The translations under genes were made by a program, and so were the position numbers. DNA of 63,991 nt, counting the filler, from Octopus bimaculoides (taxonomy: Eukaryota), in the NCBI RefSeq assembly GCF_001194135.2. It is 4 parts of 4 records of this genome, joined end to end, with 100 filler letters (N's around TTAATTAATTAA, not from the genome) between each part and the next. Parts side by side here need not be neighbours in the genome. Positions count along the whole stretch, not along the records: positions 27,299 to 54,877 come from NC_069000.1; 3 more parts are not named here. One strand, given 5' to 3'. Below, in pieces: positions 38,091 to 51,303 of the stretch (positions within the stretch are counted from its first letter, which is position 1; each line of letters opens with the position of its first letter). The notes under the pieces are model-generated. The model did not search any database and had not been told where the DNA came from. It was given only the letters and a program-made list of their open reading frames with translations.

Positions 38091-38338
38091 AAGACAGATA
38101 AGTATTATTGATGTTGTTGCTGTTGTTGGTGTTCTTGCCTGTGTGCGAGTACAGAAGCCAAGTTCCATTTAGCTGGAGAATAAATTAGAATAGTTTAGCT
38201 ACCTATCCCGTTAACATTTAATCCGCATCAGCATAGTGTAACAGAGAACATCAACCAACCACATGTAGTCCTTCATAATATATATCACCACCACCACCAC
38301 CACCATCACTACCACCACCACCGCCAGCAACATCACTG

Positions 38339-38374
<36 letters not shown>

Positions 38375-38921
38375 GCTACGACTTCGAAAACATGTTCTAC
38401 AAACATTGATGTCTGTTCTAGAAAGATCTCTGTCAACGGAGAATAAAGTTTTCGTCAGTTTGGGTTAATGTTGAGAAGTGATGACTTCCGCTTATATCGG
38501 AACATATGCACCTCCAACAGCTGAGCTCAGGTGAACATATATATACGTGTATGTATGAGTATGTGTGTATATATGTGCATGCACATATATGAATGTGTGC
38601 GTAGTGTCTGTGTATACAAGTATTTATATATACATATGTATATACACCCACATACATAGATATACAGACATACACGCAAAACATAAATGTGTGTGTGTAT
38701 ATGTATATAGACCATAAGCATGCAAATTGATAAACACCATGCATATATTATACACGCAGACATAGGTACCTTTAGACAGGAACACTTACACAACTGTATA
38801 TATATACACACACATATATATGCATATATACATACACACACACACACATATATATGTGTGTGTGTGTATGTATATATATATATATATACGTATATTTATA
38901 TATGGGTGTGTGTGTGCGTAT

Positions 38922-39016
38922 TGTTTTACTTGGTTCAGTCATTTGACTGCAGTCATGCTGGAGCACCGCCTTTAGTCAGGCAAATCGACCCCAGGACTTA
39001 TTCTCTGCAAGCCTAG
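38922..39016 (-). mobile_element. Family C repeat, 3' part
   Basis: ttcagtcatttgactgcagtcatgctggagcaccgcctttagtc...aaatcgaccccaggacttattc. Confidence 0.85.
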
Positions 39017-39020
39017 AACT

Positions 39021-39455
39021 TCTTCAATCGCCTGTCACCCATCAGCATCTGGTGAACCTGGTCAACGCTTTCCTCGGTGATGGCAGCTGCAGGACGTCCA
39101 GACATTGAGTCCCCTTCACGACTCTCCGTTCCCCTCCTGAATTCAACTGCCCACTTTTGCACTTTTGATAAAGCTGGAGCATCGTCCCTCTAATATAGCA
39201 ACAATGTCAGCACGAATGCCCTTAGGGGCTAAATCCTTTTTCTACAGGTACTTCATAACACCACAAGGCTAAACTTTGTCCATTTCCAAGAGATGTCGCT
39301 ACTCCTTAACTTCAAAGTCTTCTTGGTCAGATGTCAGCTTACCTGGAAAGAAACAATGCGGTTATTAATAAGAAGAGTTGCAATTAATACGTGCAAGGTT
39401 TCACAGCTCAAGCATCACTCCTTTCATAATTTGCCTATGAACTTTTCAGCCCACA
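39021..39455 (-). mobile_element. mariner transposon 5' end (TIR plus transposase N-terminus)
   Basis: Terminus gtgggctgaaaagttcataggc; ATG at 39283: [29 protein letters not shown]...KWAVEFRRGTESREGDSMSGRPAAAITEESVDQVHQMLMGDRRL, a mariner HTH region. Confidence 0.9.
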
Positions 39456-39456
39456 C

Positions 39457-39510
<54 letters not shown>

Positions 39511-39677
39511 GTGTGTGTGTACGCACGTATGTATGTATGTGTGTGCATGTATGTACGTATGTACGTATATACGTATATGTGTGTGTATGTATGTATGTAA
39601 GTACGTACCTATGTATGTACGTATGTACGTATGTATGTATGCATCTGTGTATATATGCATGTGTGTATGTATATATA

Positions 39678-39709
<32 letters not shown>

Positions 39710-40097
39710 AATATGTATCAATGTATGTAGATAGAATAAGTGCTTATGCACTAAGATTTTATCAACAACAGAATTCTAGACTTTAATTCTGTAACATGTT
39801 ACATTCCTAAATATTATGGGTCTTTATGTGTGTGTGTGTGTGTGCTTGTGTTTGTATATATGCGTGTGTGTGCATATATAAATATTTACATACGTATATA
39901 TATATATATCGAAACGTCTAGATAGAATAGAGACAGCTGATGAAGGGATATTCCAAGTGGCTTTCCGTTTTCCTATGTGTTCGTTCCGTTGTCTGTAGTT
40001 TATTGTTCTAACGTCCTGTACCCTGATATGCATTTATATACACATGTAGATGTAAGTATGTACATATATGTGTGTATACATGTATATATATTCTTTG

Positions 40098-40138
<41 letters not shown>

Positions 40139-40145
40139 TAGATAC

Positions 40146-40176
<31 letters not shown>

Positions 40177-40474
40177 CATACATACATACATACATACATA
40201 CATACATACAGACATACATACATGTATGTAAATATAAGTCAGTGTGTGCGCGCGCGCGCGTGTAAGAGTGTAAGAGTGGAGAGTTCAGTTCTGCTGATAC
40301 CAGCTGCCGATTATGATGGTTTGGCAACATCCTGTTGGTTCTCATTAAATACATTGGACTACATGGACCACATCAATATTCATAGATAACCACTCACCTA
40401 CCAACCAACATACCTACCTACCCACCTACCCACCTACCTACCCACCTACCTACCTACCTACCTACATACATACA

Positions 40475-40506
<32 letters not shown>

Positions 40507-40551
40507 AATCGCTAAATATAAATATATATATTATATGTATACACACACACA

Positions 40552-40603
<52 letters not shown>

Positions 40604-40776
40604 ATATATAGATATACACAGATGGTTGGTTCTCTGTCGACGAGGATTTAGCTGTATGTGGCTGTATATTCTACATGATACAGTTTGTGACAAGGCCGGA
40701 TTGTATTATAATTACAAACCATGGAAACGCATTTCTATGCAGACAAAAAAGTGGAGAATACTACGATAGGACGTCT

Positions 40777-40871
40777 GTGTTTGTCCCCCAACATCGCTTG
40801 ACAACCGATGCTGGTGCGTTTACGTCCCCGCATTTCGCCTGGCGTGCTAACGCTTCTGCTAGCTCGCCGCC
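40777..40871. mobile_element. Fused fragments: family C (+) and family A head (-)
   Basis: tttgtcccccaacatcgcttgacaaccgatgctggtgcgtttacgtccccg runs directly into catttcgcctggcgtgctaacg...agctcgccgcc. Confidence 0.75.
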
Positions 40872-40893
40872 TTTGTAAACATATGTATACTTT

Positions 40894-40926
<33 letters not shown>

Positions 40927-40928
40927 AA

Positions 40929-41016
<88 letters not shown>

Positions 41017-41069
41017 AATTACAATGAACAGTAGATTACAACACAAGAGCGACAATGTTAAACAGATAC

Positions 41070-41145
41070 AGAATTAGCTTTTTATTGAAATAGAAAGAGA
41101 AAATTCTAACGTTTCGAACGTTAGTTCTTCGTCAGAAGAAAACAG
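41070..41145 (-). ncRNA. Minimal hammerhead-like motif followed by AATAAA (Penelope-type terminal region)
   Basis: Minus strand CUGACGA-A-GAAC-UAAC-GUUC-GAAA-CG-UU: perfect 4-bp stem II and ACGU palindrome; stem I weak; AATAAA about 20 nt downstream. Confidence 0.55.
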
Positions 41146-41501
41146 AAGCATAAACGAAATAAGAGAGAGAAATAATCAGGTTGAGAAGGAGAAAAATCTT
41201 CGTAATTTAAGGCTGCCAACAAATGAGGTGGTTGGTCAAATGACGCAATTGTAACATAATGTGCCACCCTGGTTCCAGTTGAGGATTTTGTTAAGAGTAT
41301 CAGGGTCTTAGGAATACTCAGCCATATACTCTAAAAGGCAATGTTTTGTCAGTTGAATTAGAGAAACAATGAAAATTCGAATCGTGGATACCGACGGAGG
41401 ACCCTTTTAGAGCTATTCATATTTGTGTATCTATGTGTATAACGGGTGTTTCTGTGTGTGTATGCAGATTCGTATGCGTATTGTTTATATAATATACATA
41501 C

Positions 41502-41536
<35 letters not shown>

Positions 41537-42295
41537 TACACACACATACATACATGTACGTATATATTGGTCGTATGGATGTGTGTATTAGTGTGTGTGT
41601 GTGAGTGTCTGTGTGTATAGGCGTGAAAAGGTGCAAAAACGTTTTATTTATTAGTAAAAGGATTTTTGATAATATAGAGGTCGTAGTCATAATGGTGGCG
41701 GCGGTGGTGGTGTTGGTGNNNNNNNNNNNNNNNNNNNNNNNNNNNNNNNNNNNNNNNNNNNGGTGGTGGTGGTCTCGGCGGCGGCGGCGGCGGCGGTGGT
41801 CGTGTTGGTGATGGTGGTGGTGGTGGTCGTCGTCGTCATGGTGGTCGTGGAAGTGATGGTGGTGGTGGTAGTGGTAGAGTGAGAGGTGGTAGTACGGTGG
41901 CGGCTTTTGTAGTGGTTGTGGTGGTGGTGGTGGATGGGGAGGTGGGTGCGTTGATAAAAATAGTGATGCTGTGGTATTCATCACTGCCCTTAGAAGATCA
42001 ACAGATTGGAAGAGTTTTGTGTTTTGGGTGCAGGGAAACTTAGCGGAATGATTGAGTGAAGGAGTGGGAGGGAGAGAGGGAGAGAGAGAGAGAGAGAGAA
42101 AACAGAGGTGGTGGGAGCAGTGGGAGAGAAACAGAAAAGAACGAAGAGAGTAGGAGGGAAAATAAGTGTGTGTGTGTGTGTTTCAGGGACTGTCGCCCTA
42201 ACACGTGCCGTATGTCTAATTTATCTTCACTGTCTGAACGGTAGAGAGTACCACCCCTTTCTTACCCGGCATTCATCTCACACACACATACACAC

Positions 42296-42331
<36 letters not shown>

Positions 42332-42547
42332 AAAGACATGCATTCGCATACATACACACACACATCCACTATCAAGGACGTATATACGTCTCTGCCTCAT
42401 TTCCAAGCGTATATCTCCGTATATACATGCCTTCTGTAATCTGTACAGAAGCGAACAAACACAACTTTATATACATTCCTACGCACTACACGCGCATACG
42501 CCTCTATGTGCGCGATTCTCTCTGTCTCTGTCTGTCTNNNNNNNNNN

Positions 42548-42586
<39 letters not shown>

Positions 42587-42837
42587 GTATGTATATATGT
42601 ATATATATATATATAACAAAAAGCACACACCAGTGTTATTTTAGACGAGTATTTACGCTATTGTGTAATATTCGGAGCGAACACTGATATAAAACCACAT
42701 TTATTTACATATATACACACACATATATATACAAACATGTGTGTGCACGCGTGCGTGAGTGAGAGCGTGTGTATGCATGCTGTATGTACACCCGTTTATA
42801 CAGCCAGTAACGCACTCATACATACATACATACATAC

Positions 42838-42869
<32 letters not shown>

Positions 42870-43235
42870 GTATGTATATATGTATATATATATATTACAC
42901 AGACTCGTGTCGTTTTTTGATATGTTATCAGCAAGTGACGTGGTTTCGCTGTTCTCTTGTATATATACACGCGCGCACACACACACACACACATGCACAC
43001 ATACATATATACGCACATGCATACACATATACATACTTACATATATACAAGGAGGCATATACGCACACATACGCTTGTAAATGGACAAATTGCAAGTAAC
43101 ATTCATATACGCATTTTACACTTCTAGCCCGACATGCGTATATACATCTGCTTCCATGATATCATTAACACAATATATACACATATTCCATATAACCATG
43201 CATTTGCCTACAGAAGCACGCATAGAAATATATAT

Positions 43236-43298
<63 letters not shown>

Positions 43299-43488
43299 TA
43301 TATACATGTATCTATATATAAACATAACTATCTATGTATGTATATATGTATATGTTTATATGTTTGTGTGTGTGATATGTCACCGAAATAGGGCGTGGCA
43401 AGATTCAGACGCCTGGCTCTCTTTCTCCATATGTGCTTATTATCTATATATGTGTATGCGTGTACACGCGTGCCAGTGTGGAAGTATG

Positions 43489-43540
<52 letters not shown>

Positions 43541-44429
43541 TTTGTGCGCGCGAGTATATACCTATGTATATACTCAGGATACAACAGATGTATGCATGTA
43601 TGTATGTATATATGTGTGTGTGTGTGTATGTATGCATGTATGTATGTATATATGTATGTATGTATGTTAGGATGGGCTCTTAGAAATGTTGCGTTGGTGT
43701 CCGGCGTGCTGAAAGACTTTAGTTTGTGGAGCAGCCCTTAGCTTTTGTGGAAGTATGTCTCTGGTAGGTCACTCTGATATAAAACCAAATATACCGGGAA
43801 TGGCAGTGGACAGTTTGGGGAGCTTTAGCTTGCGCTTCAGATCATACCATTCCCACATCCCTAAGCCTGTGACCCATATTGACACTGAATGTCTTGCCCT
43901 GACTTGTCTCTGGATCATGTCAGTCGGATGGGGAGGGTCTGTGAGGTGTTGTGTAAGCCTTATTGTGCAATTTTCGGTGAAGCGACTATTCGATACCTGG
44001 TCGAGGAGGAAGTCACCACGGCAAACATGGAAGCTACGAACACGATCCCGGGCGAAGCCAACTGTTGGCGCAATAATCTCATGTACGGGTAGTACTGGTA
44101 TTTTGTAGGGGCAGCGGTCAGTGATGCTTTTCTGATGGGCAAAGGCTGCAATTTTGCCTCTAAGCTGCGGTTTCCCTTGCGCCTCCATGTCCATGTTTTA
44201 GTAGAGTGATGACATCCTTATTCCCTAAGCTATGAATAAATGGAAACAGTGAAAGTCGAGTATTCCTTTTTCTTAGACCTAAAGGAATACGGGTGTTGAT
44301 TATAACGTGCGTTGAAGTACTCAGTAGTGAGCCTCGTGCAGTTCCTCTTGAAACTGGCGCGAAGTGTAATGTGTGTCCGATTTGCACAACACAAATCACT
44401 TACCAACAAGACAGTAGAAAAGTGGTGAT

Positions 44430-44612
44430 TCGACCTGCTAGAAATAGCAACTAAATCTACCTCAAATTATGTCCATAATGTTAGGAGATAGTTTGATTGG
44501 TGTGGGTCTGGGTTTTATGTACATAAAAAAACATACAAAATGGTTACGGTTGGAATGCTTTTGATTCGTGGTCAGCTTGATCAGGGCTGCTTTGCGGTTA
44601 AACATCATCAAC
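44430..44612 (+). mobile_element. Interspersed repeat family F
   Basis: gattcgacctgctagaaatagcaactaaatc...ggttggaatgcttttgat...gatcagggctg; the aaatagcagccaaat motif recurs near 10476-10490. Confidence 0.55.
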
Positions 44613-45094
44613 GAACGCCACACAACTCCACCTCACACCAACACCACCATAGTGCCACCACCACAACCAGTACAGCTCATCACGACAGCCACTCAACACC
44701 ACCACACATCATAATACCCACTACACCCAACACAGATGACACACCACCACCGCCAGATACGGACAGCATTAAATACACCGCCAAAACCACTCCTCCTCCT
44801 CCTACTACTACTACTNNNNNNNNNNNNNNNNNNNNNNNNNNNNNNNNNNNNNNNNNNNNNNCACCACCACCACCACCACCACTACTACCACCACCACTAC
44901 TACCACCACCACTACTACCACCACCACTACTACTACTACAATCACAACTGCTAGTGCCACCACACACATACACCGCATCAATCCACAAGTAACATCACCA
45001 CCATAAAGGTATATTGACTTATTAACTATTTATCTATCTCCGTCTATCCATGAGTGTGTGTGTGTGTGTATGTGTGTGTGTGTGTGTGCAGTTG

Positions 45095-45292
45095 AGCTTT
45101 TTCACCACACCCACCAACACTTAACAGTCGGTGCTGGTTTGTTTACGTCCTCGCAACATTAGCGGTTTGACAAAATGAGCCAATAGAATTGGTAGGTACT
45201 AAGCTTAAAAATAAATCCTGCTGTTGATTTGGTTAAAACCTTTCAAGTTGGTGCCCCAGCATGGCCGTAGTTCAATAACTGAAACAAGTAGA
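45095..45292 (+). mobile_element. Family C repeat
   Basis: cggtgctggtttgtttacgtcctcgcaac...ccccagcatggccgtagt...actgaaacaagta. Confidence 0.8.
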
Positions 45293-45578
45293 AGGTATAC
45301 ACATTCGTGTATATATTATATTTTTATTTCTACGCATATGTATGTATATTTGTATATATGAAGTATAGAAGGCAATCTACCTACATATCTTATTGCATGT
45401 GTAAGTACATTTTAACGTGTGGGTTTATAAGCGTCTGTCTGTCTGTCTGTCTGTCTGCGTATGCCTATGTGTGTATATGTATACATGCATTATTATATAA
45501 GGACTACTTATATACATCATGTTTGTAAAATTATGTCTGCGTTCATCTGCAGTAATATATATATACGTGCGTCTACCC

Positions 45579-45633
<55 letters not shown>

Positions 45634-45682
45634 TCTGTCTCTATCTATCTATCTGTCTGTTTATCTATCAGTTTATCTATCT

Positions 45683-45781
<99 letters not shown>

Positions 45782-46480
45782 CAAGCACATGCACACACAC
45801 ACACATACAAACTACTACTACTGCTGCTGTTACTACTACTACAACTACTACTACTACAACTACTACTAATACAACTTCTACTACTACCACTACAACTTCT
45901 TCTTCTACTACTACTACTACTACTACTACATAGCTATCAGTAGGCGTTTGTGACTACCCAGCGTTGTTTTTGAAGTGAAGAATTTGACGTAATCGAGTAG
46001 AAAATATGTAGAATGGTATGAGGTGTCTTAGAACTATGCTTGTCTGCAGATGGAGCCCTTTATTACGTTGTCTGCAAGGTTTTCTTTTCTTTAAACCCTT
46101 TTTTTCTATTCTATCCTCCTTTCGGATGAAATTCTTCGAAAGGAACTGGCACTTTCTTAGAATGGGGTTATATTCTTCACTGCAGACGCCTCGCTATAGT
46201 TCTTACTTGTTAAATGTTATCAACTATTTTTTTTCCCTCTGTATAAGATACACTTTTTCTTTTAAATATATTATTCCCGCTACCGTTTCTCTAAAGATGC
46301 CAACAGGATGTTAATGTCAGTTCATGTAAGTGTGCGTGTGTTTCGGTAGAGTTTTCCATTCAGGCGTTTGCAGCCCAGTGTGAGGTGAAACCTCGGCACG
46401 TCATTTCTCTACGTCTTCTTTATCTTATGTTCTTTGCTAGCCTTCACGGACTACGCTGGACTTTATCCAGGGTACATACC

Positions 46481-46533
<53 letters not shown>

Positions 46534-46540
46534 GCACACG

Positions 46541-46677
<137 letters not shown>

Positions 46678-47335
46678 CTGGATGGATGGATGGATGGATG
46701 GATGGATGGATAGGTTTTTACTGATAAGTTTACTCAATTCGTCTATGGAGTAACTGGGGCAATTTGAACGACCTTCGTCAGAGCCAGAAATGGCCCCAAC
46801 AAAAGTTGCATTAATTTTTTTAGTCATTCAATTTTTCTCAACTGATTAATAAACCAATTGAGTAAATTTATCAGTGACGTACCTACAATGACGATTGGAA
46901 ACAGCTGTAAGCCAAATTTACTCTAATAAAGAAAAATACATAATGGCCATTATTTATATTTTGTCTTCTATGTGACTGTGTTTCAAAACCAGCTTGAATG
47001 GAGCCCAGCCTCGGATATACAATATCGAATGGTTATGAACCATAACCGCGAATCTTACCATAAGAATACTCAGAGTTCTTCACGGATCTAAACAATATTG
47101 CTAGCCTGGCGTTCCCAACAGAAGGCGCATGAAGTGTTTGGCCCGGATTGATAATCTTCCGCTATTAGATTCATATATATATATATAAACACATAGAGAA
47201 AAATATAATGAGTAGACTACCTCGAACAAAGAAAAACTAGATAAAGATTTTATTGCGGGTATCCATACACACACACACACACACTCACACACACACACTC
47301 ACACACACACGCAATCACCAACACAGAAAGATATA

Positions 47336-47390
<55 letters not shown>

Positions 47391-47936
47391 GGTATATACA
47401 TACATATATATATATACATATATATATATATGATATATATATACACGCGCGCACAAAGAATGATATACATGCATGCGTGTGTTTGTATGCGAGTGTGTGT
47501 GCGTGTGTGTGTGTGTTTGTAAGTATACGCCTTTTATATATGCTTCCATACATTCATGTTTCCATATATACTTACAGGCACCGATATAATGATGACAACC
47601 AATACCAAAACAGCCGGAATACAAGACTGTACAGCCCCCTCAAATACACTCAGCTCTCGACCCCTTTCATACCCCTAACTAGCATCTCCCCCGAACCGCA
47701 AGTAGTAACAAGAGGGTCCTTAAGAAACATATGAAGACGGAATGGCGCCACTTTTGGTAGACTTGAGCAATGGAAACCATGGTGACATAAGACCCGAATG
47801 GAATGATGGAAATTGAGACTAAACAGCCATTCCTTAGAAGTCTGGAGATTTTCCATACCACCCTCTGGTACTCTCCCTATCTGTCTGTCTGTCTCCCTAT
47901 ATATCTATCTACCTCCCCATCTCTCTCTCTTTCTAA

Positions 47937-47984
<48 letters not shown>

Positions 47985-48285
47985 CCCCCATCTCCTTATC
48001 TCTCAATCTATCTATGTATCTATCTTTCTCTCTATCCATCCATCCCCCCAACAATCCATGTATCTATCTATCTATCAATCCACCCGTCTATCAATCCACT
48101 TGTCCATCCAACCATCCCTCCCTCCCTCCCTCCCTCCATCCATCCATCCATCCATCCATCCATCCAACCGTCCATCTAGCAATCTACCATCTATCTACCT
48201 GTATATCTATCTTTTATATCTTTGTATCTTTTACATGCTTCCTTTCTTTCTCTCCATTTCTACCTTTCTCTCTTCCCCTTTTTTC

Positions 48286-48335
<50 letters not shown>

Positions 48336-48887
48336 TCATCAAGGATAGATTTACGTTAATGGCATTATTCCTGGTTCTGCCGTTTCCACAGCTCCAATCC
48401 TTCCAGACTCAGCCACCCTTGGTGCTGAACGGGTGATTGACGGCGGCTGGCACTAATGTTACGAGAATTTATTAATTAATTTTTGTTATTCATTTATTTA
48501 TTCATTTATAGATTTATTTATTTAAGTTTTTCTTTGCAAAAGTATTAAGTTCCAATCACAATCGCACCCCGATCGGCTTAGCTTTTCGTGCTTCCACGGG
48601 CAAGAAAAACTAAGTACCGGTCATCCACTGGGGTCGAAGTACTCGACTTTATCACCTCCATCAGCCGAAACTTATGTCCATACACACACACAGAAGTAGA
48701 GGAAGTACTATTTTATAAGCACGGATAACGTCATCAAAGGCTTATGTTATCAAAATGCATGGATAACTCATGATTAAAATCAATTAAGAATTATCCGCTT
48801 ATTAGCATCAAAGATCTAGATATTGTTGTATCCTCTGCTTTCTATTAGAGAAGTTATTATTTCGTCCCATGCTAATCATAAACGGCT

Positions 48888-48922
<35 letters not shown>

Positions 48923-49498
48923 TTCTTTTTCTCTCTCTCTCTCTGTTTCTATAATAATGTAGAATGTTGATACTATAAACTTCGAAAATCTGAATCCTAA
49001 CAGTTCTAACAAACAACTAAGGCATTCAAGAATTTAAAGAAGCGAAGAACTGCAAAAGTAAGAACGCTTCTTGACATATCTGTGTCTGGTGCCATACACG
49101 AACGATTCTTTGGAAACTAGTGACGTCGACCGTTTTTACACAGACAGTAAGTATGAAGCCTTCTGAAGAATTAGATCTGGGTCATATGCGAGATGCTTTT
49201 AACAGGCAGTAATTAAACGGTTCTTCATAGGGTGTAGAACTGTAAAGCCGTGGAATGGGGAGCAGCAAAACTTACCGTTCTTTGACTTTCATTTATTTGT
49301 TTGGTTGTTTATATATTTTTGAGACATTCTAACGATTGCCATACTGGAGCAGTTAGGTTTGTAATCGTTGAAATGTGGATCGCCTTAGCATTGTCATGGC
49401 TCTCTTTGAGTCGGCAGGAATGTACGGTAAAATTCTGAGAGTGTGCATACTTACATATATATATATACTTACATGTATATATGCACATATGTATACAC

Positions 49499-49534
<36 letters not shown>

Positions 49535-49619
49535 GCGCACGAACACATACATTTATACACATATATACGTATGTAGATATGTGTATATACAAACATACAT
49601 ACACTCTCTCTCTATGTAT

Positions 49620-49795
49620 CTTGACGACCGGTGTTGGTGTGTTAAGTCCCCCGTAACTTATTGCATCGGCTAAAGAGACCGACAGTATCAGTATCAGACT
49701 AAACAAAGCAAAATGTCCTGGGGTCAATTTGTTCGAGTGAGACCCTTCGAGGTGGTGTGCCAGCATGGCCGCAGTCCAATGACAGGAACTATTAT
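49620..49795 (+). mobile_element. Family C repeat
   Basis: cttgacgaccggtgttggtgtgtt..gtccccgtaactta...gtcctggggtcaatttg...cagcatggccgcagtc. Confidence 0.85.
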
Positions 49796-50341
49796 GATAA
49801 AAAAATACACAGAGAGAATGATAGCCGTAACATATCACCCTGTTTCACCCCCCCATCTGATCTGCCACAATGGGAGACGCACCTCCGCCCTTAAATGGTC
49901 CTTAGACGCCATCAAAGGAGTTTAAACTGTTCCAAACCTTCGGGTTAGACCCCCGATCTCTCATGGCTTCAACTTTATTAATGATCAAAGTTTGAGAATG
50001 AGACCCACCAAGGTTTGGGGCCCTGGGCCCTTCTATGCCCTAGCCCCTTTCTGTGCCCTGGTCCATTCTCTCACATTAACCAACAAAAACAATGAACATC
50101 TCATTAAAAACAGAATAGTCTTTTTTTATTTTATATTTATTTTTCCAACTGTTTCTTAATTAGCTGTCTTTGAGTTGTTTATGTTGAGTGCGCTGTTGAT
50201 ATTGTTGTTGTTGTTGTTGTTGTTGTTGTGTATGTTGTAATTAGATAATTAAAGTACCTAATTACATTTAACACCCGACCAAATTGAACAGCATACACAC
50301 AAACACACACACACACGCATGTATATGTATATATGGTTGTG

Positions 50342-50385
<44 letters not shown>

Positions 50386-50403
50386 GAGAGAGAGTTATAT
50401 ATA

Positions 50404-50440
<37 letters not shown>

Positions 50441-50977
50441 CATACATGAGTACATATATGCATTTGTGTGTATGTGAGTGTGTGTGTGTGAGTGTGTGTG
50501 TGTGTGTATGCATATATATATATATTATATATATATATGTATTATATATATATACACACAAGCATACATGCATACATTATGTATATATTATATATTATAT
50601 ATCATTCATGCAAGAAAAACAACAGGAATAAAAGCCGCTGAATACATCTCGTACGAATTGTTTTTTAACTGAAAAGCCTCGACGTGTTTATCAAACCTTA
50701 ATTCAAAACGTATCAACAACGGACATAACTCCCAAAGTGACAGGGGTGTAGTGAGGGTAATTTCGGGTAGGTATCGGGGTGTAACAAGTGGAATTTTGGC
50801 GTGGAACCAAGGAAAAGAGGAGAGGAAATCCTACTGCGATGGATAGGGAAAAAAAAAATTGAAGACTTGTATGGTGGAATCAACCGGAATTTTCCTGACA
50901 TCAAAACTCCACGAACCTGTTTTATACTTTCTTTTAAATTCTATTAGTGTTCCTATTTGAAACGTCTCCCATTCAAC

Positions 50978-50981
50978 AGCC

Positions 50982-51038
<57 letters not shown>

Positions 51039-51070
51039 TCATTTAGTTATTTATTTTTTATTATTATTAC

Positions 51071-51133
<63 letters not shown>

Positions 51134-51150
51134 CATCATTATTATTATTG
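50978..51150. repeat. (TAT)n microsatellite
   Basis: Seen directly. Confidence 0.95.
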
Positions 51151-51154
51151 CTAT

Positions 51155-51303
51155 AGGCTGCCAGGTTGGCTGAATCGTTAGTACGCCATGCAAAATTCTT
51201 AGCGGCATCTCGTCCGCTTTTACGTTTGAGTTCAAAGTCCGCCAAGGTTAACTTTGCATTTCATCTTTTCAGGGTCGATAAAATAAAGTACCACTTACAT
51301 ACT
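51155..51303 (+). mobile_element. SINE family A, truncated by gap
   Basis: ggctgaatcgttagtacg...gagttcaaagtccgccaagg...tttcatcttttcagggtcgataaaataaagtacc. Confidence 0.85.

Noticed and set aside
46765-46790. Hammerhead (minus strand CTGACGAAGGTCG)
   Set aside because: No closing stem II or GAAA.
48990-49155. Coding exon ending at the GTAAGT donor near 49148
   Set aside because: Stops occur in all three frames from the available acceptors; a non-coding exon is possible but unsupported.
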